Shown: positions 40,395 to 48,943 of the stretch, piece by piece
How positions within the stretch are numbered: position 1 is the first letter of the stretch
Layout of the letters: every line of letters starts with the position of its first letter
DNA from: Bdellovibrionota bacterium FG-2
GTDB taxonomy: Bacteria; Bdellovibrionota; UBA1018
Length of the DNA stretch: 59,167 nt
NCBI GenBank assembly: GCA_051382305.1
Contig: JBBCAV010000164.1
Span: 1 to 59,167 of the forward strand
Direction: 5' to 3'
Made by a program: the position numbers and the translations under genes
The notes under the pieces: model-generated
What the model was told of the DNA's origin: nothing
The model's input: the letters and a program-made list of their open reading frames with translations, nothing else
The model's database searches: none

Positions 40395-42643
40395 TTCGCA
40401 CACCCTCTTGTTCTGGGATCGATCGCGTTGCGGGGGCATACTTCTTTGCAAATGAGGCAGCCCTTGCAGTTGGAAAGATTGACCTCGACTCTTGAAACAC
40501 TGACGCGATTGATGGCTCGTTCTGGGCAAAAGAGTTCGCACTTACCTTTGTCAAATGAGAGGCAGCCGTTGCATGATCCACAACTCAGGCAGCGAAGCGC
40601 TTCTTTTTGGCCGGTGTCGGCGTCAAATCCTCGAACCACTTCTTTGAAGTCTTGAATTCGTTCGATCACCGGTCGTTCCAAAGTCTCCGCGCGTCCCGTA
40701 GGGGTGAAATAGTGCAGGCGCATTTCATCGGCGGTCACAAAGGGTGATTTTTCCGGGGGAGGAATCAGCGGCAGCGCTTCGCCGCGGAGTTTTAGATCAA
40801 CCGATTCCGCTGCACGTCTTCCCGATCCAATTGCGTGAGTGACGGTGCCTTCGTTGGTCGCGACATCGCCTACGGCAAAAACCTTGGCGTTTTCCGTCTC
40901 TCCAAAAGGGTTTGTGACGATGAGCCCGTTACGGGTCGAGACTTCGCCCTTTAAGAAATCAAGTTCAGCGACCTGCCCCGTGGCCAGTATGATTCTTGAA
41001 AATTCAAGTTCTTCAAATTCTCCCACAATCGCGACGGGTGATCGTCTGCCATCCGGGCCTGCTTCTCCGAGCTTCATTTTTTGGACTTTGAGGAATTTTT
41101 CTCCGCCTCTAGAACCAACGCTCTCGGGCGCACCCAAGAACTTGAACTTGACCCCCTCGTGAATGGCCGCTTCAATCTCTTCACGCATGGCGGGCATTTC
41201 GTCGCGCGTTCGGCGATAAACGATGGTGACTCCCTTTGCGCCGTTTCGAAGAGCGACGCGAGAAGTATCAATTGCGGTATTGCCGCCACCGATGATGACG
41301 ACTTGGGCTCCCAGTTCTACTTTTTGACCGAAGTGGATTTTCTGCAGGAGATCTACGCCTTGAATGAGGTCCGGCGCGGTCGCACCCGCAATTGCATTGT
41401 CTCGGCCCGTGCTGAGTCCAATGGCAATGATCACAGCATCAAATTCCGCGGTTAGTTTCTTAAGTTCTGCATTTGATTTAATGGCCGTATTGCACTTAAT
41501 CGTCACGCCCATCTCTTCAATGAGTTTGATTTCATCATGCAGAATATTCTTGGGTAACCTAAAGTCAGGGATTCCAGCGCGCAGCATTCCGCCGGGCTCG
41601 GGGAGTGCCTCAAGTACGGTACAGGCATAACCTTTTCGGCGTAAGTGATAGGCGGCAGAGAGCCCCGCCGGACCTGACCCAATAATGGCGATTTTTTCTT
41701 TACGCGAGGTGAGTGGTTTCAGTGCGATGGCTTTACCTTGATCGGCGGCCATTCGCTCGAGCGAATGCATGTTGATGCGAGCATCGACTGAACCGCGATT
41801 GCAGTATTCCTCGCAAAAATGGGGGCAAACGCGTGCCGTGGAACCTGGAAGTGGGGAGGTCGCACGCAGGGTTGCAAGCGCCTTGTCAATCTGACCTAGC
41901 GCAATTTCGCCTAGGAATCCCCTGACGTTGTTTCCCGCAGGGCAACTAAAGTTGCAAGGAGCCATGCGGTCTCGGGTGTAGGGCTCGCGACTTTTCCAGT
42001 CCGCTATGTTGAGTTGAGGTTCGCTGCCTAAGTTTCCAGTCACCAGCGGAGGCACGGGATCCGTGGGCTCTGTGAAGGGAACGATTTTGGGTGATCCCGG
42101 GATAAGAGCGGATTTCACTTCATTATACGCGTCTTTTGCGGCCAATAAGTTGGCCCCCGAAAAACCAAGCGAGGTGAGCGTTTTTTCTACGGTTTGAAAC
42201 TTGAGATCAAAGACGCGAGCGCAGGCCCCCGCAAGTGCAGAGTTCGTGATCGGAGTCGCGTGCGTGCCTAATTTGTGCCTGCGCGCGATCGCGCGGGCGT
42301 CAATGGTTGCAACGGTGCGCCCGGAAAATAGGGGGAAACTCGTGGGTTCATTAGAGGTGTCAATGAGCAGAGTGCCATCGGCTCGAAGTCCTGAGAGGAC
42401 ATTCTCGCCCAAGAAACTGGCATCCACAATGAGCAAGTGATCGGGAGAATAAATGCGGTTTCGATTGGTGATTTCGATATCATCAATCAGGGTAAACGCT
42501 TGAATCGGCGCCCCTGTTCGTTCGGCAGAATAGCTCCCGAACGCCTGGACCCATTTACCTTCGGTCCAGTACATAAAAGCCAACATTTTCGCCAGGGTGA
42601 CGCCACCCTGCCCCCCACGACCATGAATTCGATATTGGATCAC
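40391..42643 (-). CDS. fusion protein: oxidoreductase gamma module + GltD-like NAD(P)H/FAD oxidoreductase module + 2x[4Fe-4S] delta (ferredoxin) module
   Basis: aa 1-185 carry the gamma signature (IHGRGGQGGVTLAKML...AFGSYSAERTGAP). aa ~225-625 contain Cys clusters (CNFSCPAG, CPHFCEEYC), FAD-binding IAIIGSGPAGLSAAYHL...GGMLRAGIPDFRLPK and NAD(P)H-binding VVIIGGGNTAIDTSR...FAVGD. aa 685-745 contain CLSCGSCNGC...CPERAI and CKGCLICKEVCPRNAI. The start is GTG. Confidence 0.75.
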   Translation of the reverse strand: MIQYRIHGRGGQGGVTLAKMLAFMYWTEGKWVQAFGSYSAERTGAPIQAFTLIDDIEITNRNRIYSPDHLLIVDASFLGENVLSGLRADGTLLIDTSNEPTSFPLFSGRTVATIDARAIARRHKLGTHATPITNSALAGACARVFDLKFQTVEKTLTSLGFSGANLLAAKDAYNEVKSALIPGSPKIVPFTEPTDPVPPLVTGNLGSEPQLNIADWKSREPYTRDRMAPCNFSCPAGNNVRGFLGEIALGQIDKALATLRATSPLPGSTARVCPHFCEEYCNRGSVDARINMHSLERMAADQGKAIALKPLTSRKEKIAIIGSGPAGLSAAYHLRRKGYACTVLEALPEPGGMLRAGIPDFRLPKNILHDEIKLIEEMGVTIKCNTAIKSNAELKKLTAEFDAVIIAIGLSTGRDNAIAGATAPDLIQGVDLLQKIHFGQKVELGAQVVIIGGGNTAIDTSRVALRNGAKGVTIVYRRTRDEMPAMREEIEAAIHEGVKFKFLGAPESVGSRGGEKFLKVQKMKLGEAGPDGRRSPVAIVGEFEELEFSRIILATGQVAELDFLKGEVSTRNGLIVTNPFGETENAKVFAVGDVATNEGTVTHAIGSGRRAAESVDLKLRGEALPLIPPPEKSPFVTADEMRLHYFTPTGRAETLERPVIERIQDFKEVVRGFDADTGQKEALRCLSCGSCNGCLSFDKGKCELFCPERAINRVSVSRVEVNLSNCKGCLICKEVCPRNAIDPRTRGCAK

Positions 42644-42753
42644 AATACCGGCTAGTTAACATGAAAGAAGCGTCACGGCCACAGAACTAAGTTGACGCTA
42701 TGAGTCGATAGTGATAGCAGAAGTCGGTGCTTCATATATAAGGAGAATTTGCT

Positions 42754-43467
42754 ATGGTTCAAACCATGAAATCCACGAATTCAAAGAAAACAAAGACTCT
42801 TGGAGCTATCGTACTGAGTTTGGTCCTTTCGGGGTTATTGGCCAAAGCCGAGACCGCCCAGACGATGAGCGTTCCCGTGAAGACCTCCTTGGTCTATTTT
42901 ATGGACCGAGAGTGTGTGTGGGAGGCAAATGGTTGGAAAGGTGACGTTTTGAATTGCTACGTCTTTGATCGTGAAGTGGGTTCCCTCAAAGGGAGTCTCA
43001 CGACCCATGAAGACGGAAGTTCCGCCTCCTTGGTGATCGATAAGAAAAGTTATCCGATCGTACTCAAGAGTTTTTTGACGATGAAAGATACTGGACCTTT
43101 TGCTCTTTCTCGCACGAAACGACCCAATCTCTCGTTTACGTTGAGTCCAGACGTTGTCAAGGATCTCATGTCCCGGATTATCGAAAATGGAGGCAACACT
43201 CTAGCGCTGACAAAATTCGATCCCCTGCCTATTGATCTTAAATGGGTTACGAAAAAAGCCCTTCGTGAAAAGCTGGAGCGCTATACGTCTTACGATTCTC
43301 AAGGTGAGTATGAATTTTCAGCATCCTTCACCCGCGAATGGGATTGGTTTCATTGGAAAACGCAAGACAACACACTGACTCGCATCCCCTTTGGTGATGA
43401 TCCAGGGCGCTTTGAAGATCATTTTGAATTTGTAATGGATGTGGGAAATAAAGTTAAGGTTGACTAG
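42754..43467 (+). CDS. secreted hypothetical protein (237 aa)
   Basis: AAGGAG lies 8 nt before the ATG. The signal peptide is KTLGAIVLSLVLSGLLAKA. I recognise no motif. Confidence 0.55.
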   Translation: MVQTMKSTNSKKTKTLGAIVLSLVLSGLLAKAETAQTMSVPVKTSLVYFMDRECVWEANGWKGDVLNCYVFDREVGSLKGSLTTHEDGSSASLVIDKKSYPIVLKSFLTMKDTGPFALSRTKRPNLSFTLSPDVVKDLMSRIIENGGNTLALTKFDPLPIDLKWVTKKALREKLERYTSYDSQGEYEFSASFTREWDWFHWKTQDNTLTRIPFGDDPGRFEDHFEFVMDVGNKVKVD

Positions 43468-45106
43468 GTTGCGCTCTTCTTTTTGGTTCGTTTTTATTGC
43501 GTTGGCGGTTTCTTCTTTTTCGGCACCTCTGGTGCTTGGTGCGGCTGCGCCCGTCTGGAAAGTCAAAAAAGATCATTGGGCTTTAGAAGATGAACTCAAG
43601 TTTCAGAAATTTGTAGCTGCCATCGGAGAATCGCAATGTCACTCACTCAATGCGTGTTTGAATGGCCCCGCAAATCCCTATCGGGGGTCCGAGACAGATG
43701 GCTATTCTTTCAATGGGGATTGCGCAGATCTTCCCTATGTTCTTCGTGCGTATTTTGCCTGGAAAAATGAACTGCCCTTTTCGTTTGTCTTAGAAGTTGA
43801 GGCGCTTCCTAGTGAAAGCGGAAGCAGCGATATCCGCTATAGTCCGAATGGGAACCGTCCCACTGTACGCCGAGACGTGCTTGCGAAAACGGCTGGGAAA
43901 TTTCCAAATCCGCTTAAAGTAATCACCAATGTTCGTGAAGTGATTTCGACTGCGATGTTTCGTTTCGATCCGAGTTGGAATGATTCAAGGTTTTTTTCGG
44001 ATTTTTATCCCGTGAAAATTGATCGCACCGGAATTGTTCCGGGCACGGTCATTTACGATCCCGCGGGGCATGTGGCCATGGTATATAAGGTGGGTAGCGA
44101 TGGAAGGGTCTTCTTTATGGACACCCATCCTGATGGGTCACTCACTCATGGTGTGTACGGGAAAAAATTCGCCCGTAGTCGGCCCGGGGCGGGAGCAGGT
44201 TTTAAGCGGTTTCGTCCTTTGAAACTTGTTGATGCGCAAATCGATGCAGACGGTGTACTGCTGGGTGGGCGCTTTGAGGCGATGAAAAACGAAGAATTGC
44301 CTGATTTTTCAGTGGTGCAGTTTTACGGAAATCAGCCCGATCCCGGAGGTGCTTGGCGCAAAGGGCGGTTCGTGATTGATGGGAAGGTGTTCGATTACTA
44401 CGATTTTGTTCGAATTGCGCTGGCTTTAGGCGAACTTCGTTTTGAGCCTTTGGGAGAACTCACTTCAATGTTGAACTCCCTTTGCAGTGAGGCGCGGGAT
44501 CGGGTGACTGCGGTGGCCGCCGCACGAAATGCACAAATTGATTTGAAGGCGCACCCAGAGCGGCTTCCTCTGAATATTTATGGAACTGAAGGGGAATGGG
44601 AAATCTACTCCACACCCTCGCGTGATGCACGCCTGAAGACCTCATTTAAGGAAGCGCGGGATCGCGTGCAGGATTTCATGGTTCGTTATAAAAAGGGAGA
44701 CCCCATGATTGAATATCATGGTCGGAATCTTGCGCGCGATATGCTTGCCGCATTTTCAAAGCAAACCCAAGCTTGTACGATTCAATATGAACGAACCGAT
44801 GCTTCTGTCGTGAAGCTAAATCTCGAAGAAGTGATGCGCCGGCTTTTTGCATTGTCGTTTGATCCGTACCATTGTGTGGAGCTTCGATGGGGAGCGACGG
44901 ATCCTCAGGAGCGCGCCACCTGTCTTGATGATGCCCTGAAGCTGAAATGGTATGACGGGGAGCAGTTTTTACGAAACGAGCCCGAACGAAACTATGATGC
45001 GCGGATGGACTTTTCTGTCGACGAATTATTTATTCTGGGACCTGGAAACGGCGAAGCTCAGCCACCTGAGGTGGATATTCGCAAGCTACTTGAGGCTCAG
45101 TTTTAG
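43439..45106 (+). CDS. secreted hypothetical protein with possible papain-/transglutaminase-like Cys-His-Asp arrangement
   Basis: The signal peptide is FWFVFIALAVSSFSAPLVLGA. The candidate triad is NGDCADLPYVLRAYFA (Cys95), PGTVIYDPAGHVAMVY (His211) and VFFMDTHPDG (Asp228). The start may instead be TTG 43469, just after the upstream stop. Confidence 0.5.
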   Translation: MWEIKLRLTRLRSSFWFVFIALAVSSFSAPLVLGAAAPVWKVKKDHWALEDELKFQKFVAAIGESQCHSLNACLNGPANPYRGSETDGYSFNGDCADLPYVLRAYFAWKNELPFSFVLEVEALPSESGSSDIRYSPNGNRPTVRRDVLAKTAGKFPNPLKVITNVREVISTAMFRFDPSWNDSRFFSDFYPVKIDRTGIVPGTVIYDPAGHVAMVYKVGSDGRVFFMDTHPDGSLTHGVYGKKFARSRPGAGAGFKRFRPLKLVDAQIDADGVLLGGRFEAMKNEELPDFSVVQFYGNQPDPGGAWRKGRFVIDGKVFDYYDFVRIALALGELRFEPLGELTSMLNSLCSEARDRVTAVAAARNAQIDLKAHPERLPLNIYGTEGEWEIYSTPSRDARLKTSFKEARDRVQDFMVRYKKGDPMIEYHGRNLARDMLAAFSKQTQACTIQYERTDASVVKLNLEEVMRRLFALSFDPYHCVELRWGATDPQERATCLDDALKLKWYDGEQFLRNEPERNYDARMDFSVDELFILGPGNGEAQPPEVDIRKLLEAQF

Positions 45107-45120
45107 GGCGCGTAGCGCCG

Positions 45121-45717
45121 TTAACTGTCTCTAGAGCGGATCATGGCCGGGATCCCCCGCGTTTGCCAATCCACTAGATTCATGGGTAGGTGGGATTCCA
45201 AGAGGTCTGCTACAAATTGGGTCTGTCCTGCTGACTGATATTCGAAAAGATCCCTAAGGATCGAGAAAAGGTCTGCTTCCAGAACTTGAACTTCTGCGAG
45301 CAAACCGATTCGAAGAAGTTTTTTTACGCCCGCGATGCCCTGAGTAAAGATTTCCATTCCATTAACCAGTGATTGAAACTGTTTGTTTGCATCGGCCCCT
45401 TCTCGAATCAATCGCCCTGTCCGAAGCGATAGCCCCTCAAGGTGCGGCGCGAAGCTGAGAAGATTCTGAAGCGTGTCTTCGGCCATTTCGCGTGGATGAG
45501 AGGTGTGGATCTCGATTTTTTGAAATATTGCGACTGTACTCTCGCCTGGAAAGGTTTGATCGCCTTCCGAAAAATTAACGCCGTCCACGCAAATGGTAGA
45601 AATGAGCTCATTGCGCGTAATGCAGTTTTTTCGAAAATAGTTCATCAGATCCGATAGGCTGGTTGTCTGCGGAACAGGCCAGGGCTGCGGGTTTCCGTTT
45701 ACAAGAAACTGATTCAT
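45121..45717 (-). CDS. hypothetical protein (198 aa), last gene of the fliD operon
   Basis: An ATGA overlap joins it to the GT9-like gene. I recognise no motif. Confidence 0.5.
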   Translation of the reverse strand: MNQFLVNGNPQPWPVPQTTSLSDLMNYFRKNCITRNELISTICVDGVNFSEGDQTFPGESTVAIFQKIEIHTSHPREMAEDTLQNLLSFAPHLEGLSLRTGRLIREGADANKQFQSLVNGMEIFTQGIAGVKKLLRIGLLAEVQVLEADLFSILRDLFEYQSAGQTQFVADLLESHLPMNLVDWQTRGIPAMIRSRDS

Positions 45718-47531
45718 GTTGAGACCTCGGGGTTTCTAAGCGAAAGCACAGCGTCGGTCCCGATTGAGCGAGGTTTTGCGAGTTGAAGGGTGTGTTTTAC
45801 CCAGTCTCTCAGAATGGCAATTCCGTCGCTGAGTTGTCGGTATGAGTTGGCGCTCTCTCGTCCTAAGTCTGAGAGGTGTTCCCCGTTGAGGTTATGCATC
45901 AGGACTTGAAACATAAACGTAAAGGATTGAAGACAAGGGTGCTTTTTCCCGGCCCTCTCAATCTGCCGATCAAGATCCATCAGTCGTTTCCCAAGCGATT
46001 GCAGGTCCTCTTTATCTCGAACATCCATGATGCGATCAGAAGTAAGCTTCGCACTTCTGCGATTGAGAAGCGTGGCTAGGCATGAGGCATCCGTGCAGAT
46101 TTTTTCAAGCTGATGGGAGGATTCTTCAAGCGCTCGCAGTTCTCGAACGAGATTGGGGTTGATCATGGTTCGCTTCAGCTCTTTTCCAACGGGCGGGACC
46201 CAGCCGCAATACCAGGCGCGGGCAATATGCCCCATGACCATAGCACTCCAATCTGAAACGGCAAACGGGTGCGCAACAAGAGACTCGTAAGCGATGCCGC
46301 CGCCATCGGTGGCGTTCCGAATCTTGGAGCGAAAAACCTGCATCTTTCGAAGTTCTAGGGCAAGTCCGTGCTCACTGAAGTGCTGGTCCAGCGTCTTATG
46401 TCTGTGGTGTTCCCATTCTTGAGCGCCGTAAGACCAAGCGCAAAATACGGCCTCAGATGTGAGCGCCGCTCCTCCTCGGTCTGAAACAATATAATGACCG
46501 TTTCCATAAGGACCTACTTCGCTCCAGCGGGCTTCAGCGTGGGAGAGGTGAAGAACGCGAGTGCCCAAGACACTGGCGAGAGGGATGGCCGGGCTTTCTT
46601 CTGAGAAAAGCCACTGGCTGGCCCCAATTACGGAGGCGAAGAGATCAAAATCAGTCTGGCCGACTAAAGAGAGCACGGGATTTCGTCCCAGGGTTTCGCC
46701 AAGTTCGCTGAGAATGAGGCGGCCCGTCTCTTTAGCCCCCGCTTCGCCGAGTAGCACGAAACGGTATTCCGGATATTTTTTAGAAATGAGTCGAATAAGT
46801 TGCGACCAGTTTGCCGCGTTCCAACGTTGATTTTTCGGCTGATCCCCCAAGTGAATCGCAATCCATTTCTTCGAAATGTCTCTCCAGGTCCACTCTTTCC
46901 CTCCGCTTTTGTTGAGCGCGGGGGAATCAAAGGAGAGGGAGAAGAAATTCTTCGAGGTAAGCGGAGCGTTGCCGTCGTTTGCCGGTTCTCCTGCATGAAT
47001 CTGTAGTGCGGTTAGAAGCTGGGTTGTTAAGATATCAGTGAGGTGGATATTCTGATTCATGCCCGATTGTACGATAGCCTGAATATAGTGGCTCCATCCG
47101 TCAGCACAACCAAACGATAAATCGCGGCGTCTTAAATACCCCATTTTCACGCGTCCAGGGAGAAGCGAGGTGAGGTAACTACTCGGTTCAGAGTAGGACC
47201 AATTCATGACAAAATCCCACGGCTCTGAAACAAGCGGTGCGATCCACCTTGCAATTTGTCGGAGCCCTTCACTTTCGCGCATTTCCCCGCGAAGAATCGG
47301 GTCAAGGAGAGATTGAGTCGGCAATACGGTGAGGCTCTTTATCCACGGGACGCGCCCCGCAGCCTCTTCGAGGCCTTCTCGGACAATGAGGTGAATCTCA
47401 AGTTGAGGGTAAAGCTGTTTGGCTGCCCGAAGCGCCATCAAGCTTTGGATTAGATCGCTGAAGCGCGAAAGCTGAACTACCGCACAACGAATAGGGGGGG
47501 GGATCTCAAGACTGGAGCTTGGCGCAATCAT
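45714..47531 (-). CDS. GT9 (heptosyltransferase-fold) glycosyltransferase-like protein with unknown ~250-aa helical C-terminal extension
   Basis: GT9-type segments are VVQLSRFSDLIQSLMALRAAKQLYPQLEIHLIV, WIAIHLGDQPKNQRWNAANWSQLI, FVLLGEAG and LVGQTDFDLFASVIGASQWLFSEESPAIPLASVLGTRV. ATGA overlaps occur on both sides. Confidence 0.6.
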   Translation of the reverse strand: MIAPSSSLEIPPPIRCAVVQLSRFSDLIQSLMALRAAKQLYPQLEIHLIVREGLEEAAGRVPWIKSLTVLPTQSLLDPILRGEMRESEGLRQIARWIAPLVSEPWDFVMNWSYSEPSSYLTSLLPGRVKMGYLRRRDLSFGCADGWSHYIQAIVQSGMNQNIHLTDILTTQLLTALQIHAGEPANDGNAPLTSKNFFSLSFDSPALNKSGGKEWTWRDISKKWIAIHLGDQPKNQRWNAANWSQLIRLISKKYPEYRFVLLGEAGAKETGRLILSELGETLGRNPVLSLVGQTDFDLFASVIGASQWLFSEESPAIPLASVLGTRVLHLSHAEARWSEVGPYGNGHYIVSDRGGAALTSEAVFCAWSYGAQEWEHHRHKTLDQHFSEHGLALELRKMQVFRSKIRNATDGGGIAYESLVAHPFAVSDWSAMVMGHIARAWYCGWVPPVGKELKRTMINPNLVRELRALEESSHQLEKICTDASCLATLLNRRSAKLTSDRIMDVRDKEDLQSLGKRLMDLDRQIERAGKKHPCLQSFTFMFQVLMHNLNGEHLSDLGRESANSYRQLSDGIAILRDWVKHTLQLAKPRSIGTDAVLSLRNPEVST

Positions 47532-47716
47532 TGGGTGACCTCCGGCGCGATATGAGGTGCATCCGGCTTAAGTCCAGTGGCGGGCTGAGCGCGCACACCT
47601 CTTCTTTCGTCCAGTAGTGATCTCAAGAATCCAGCCAACAAACGCTCGACATCTAAGTCGAGTTCTTGAGGGTTATTTGAAACTTCTCCTTGTAACAGCT
47701 TTGTATTTGCGGCCAT
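47528..47716 (-). CDS. 62-aa hypothetical protein in the flagellar operon
   Basis: The ATG is preceded by GGAGGA. The stop overlaps the start of the GT9-like gene (ATGA). Confidence 0.45.
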   Translation of the reverse strand: MAANTKLLQGEVSNNPQELDLDVERLLAGFLRSLLDERRGVRAQPATGLKPDAPHIAPEVTQ

Positions 47717-47755
47717 CCGTCCTCCATGACAGTGTCCAAACTGAAAGATTATCGA

Positions 47756-48943
47756 TCAGTTTTCAAATTTTTGAATGCGATCTTTTAGGTCATTTGCACC
47801 ATTGTGTTCGGGGGATATTTCAAGAATACGTGCCACAGTTTCCATGGCGTCAGTCATTCGGCCGAGGTGAAACTGCAGCCCAGCAAGGCTGTATAGAAGA
47901 TTTGCATTGATCGGGGCAATCTGAATGTAGTCCTCGAGAATTCTCGCGCCGGTGGCGTAGCTTTTGAGTTCATAGGCGCATTTGACGAGGTAGAATATCG
48001 CAGTTGGATTATTGAGTTCAATTTCAAGGGAGCGGGCAAAGTGATCATGAGCCTGGCGAATATCACCCTCGGCTAGGAAACAAGAGGCAAGTCCTGACAG
48101 AGCTTTGTCGCTCTTGGGGTTTGCAGTGATCGCCTCTTGAAAATGTTTTCGGGCGTCCGGGACTTTTTGAGACTGCAAATAGAGCGCACCAATATTTGAT
48201 CGAACGTCGTCGGCGGTAGGATAGATGGATAACGCCGTGAGATAGTGATTGAGGGCATGCTCTGGCTTACGTGCTTTTGACCAGCAGTTTCCGCAGGCTT
48301 TGTGCAGATCAAAACGATTGTCGTAGCTGAGATCTTTCAGATTGAGCGCTCGCTCAAGGGTTTTCGCTGCGAGCTGATGGTTATTTCGATTCATTTGAAT
48401 CATTCCTAAGCGGCGGTAGCTCTCGAGGGAAGGATAAAAAGTGATCGACTGTTCGTAGTGCTGAAGGGCTTCGTCGATTTTGTTTTCCCCCTCAAAGCAA
48501 CGGCCCATCCAGTAGTGTGAGGAGTAGGAAAGTTCTCCGCCGTCTGCCATTGTTCGATAAATGTTTCGAGCAAGGGTGTACTCCCCAGAAGAAAAAAGGA
48601 GCTCAGCATTTTTTAGCAGAAAAGGCACATTGAGGTTCCCATTTGCAAGGTACACGCCCTCGGTCTCTGTGTGTTCGGAGTGAGTCTTTGGGGTGTCAGT
48701 TTGCGAAATAGGTGCGGAACTATTAGGCGTGATCGCCGCAAGTGAGAAGGGTTCCGAATTCGAAGGATCCTTTTTTCGTCGTACTTGAACCAAGTAGCCG
48801 GTGGAATCTGGATCTTTGCTGTTTTCTATTTCCGTGAGTGCTTCATCCAGAGTGCGAAGCCTTACCATTCGGTCGGATGTGCTAGGAATAGGCACGATAT
48901 CAATGAGTTCCATATCGCGTAGATCAGGTTTAAGGTGGTTCAT
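47756..48943 (-). CDS. TPR-repeat protein (395 aa) in the flagellar operon
   Basis: The first ~110 aa are non-repeat. Multiple 34-aa TPR-like units follow (e.g. ARNIYRTMADGG..., AKTLERALNL..., ALNHYLTALSIYP..., ARKHFQEAITANP...). An ATGA overlap joins it to the upstream gene. Confidence 0.75.
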   Translation of the reverse strand: MNHLKPDLRDMELIDIVPIPSTSDRMVRLRTLDEALTEIENSKDPDSTGYLVQVRRKKDPSNSEPFSLAAITPNSSAPISQTDTPKTHSEHTETEGVYLANGNLNVPFLLKNAELLFSSGEYTLARNIYRTMADGGELSYSSHYWMGRCFEGENKIDEALQHYEQSITFYPSLESYRRLGMIQMNRNNHQLAAKTLERALNLKDLSYDNRFDLHKACGNCWSKARKPEHALNHYLTALSIYPTADDVRSNIGALYLQSQKVPDARKHFQEAITANPKSDKALSGLASCFLAEGDIRQAHDHFARSLEIELNNPTAIFYLVKCAYELKSYATGARILEDYIQIAPINANLLYSLAGLQFHLGRMTDAMETVARILEISPEHNGANDLKDRIQKFEN

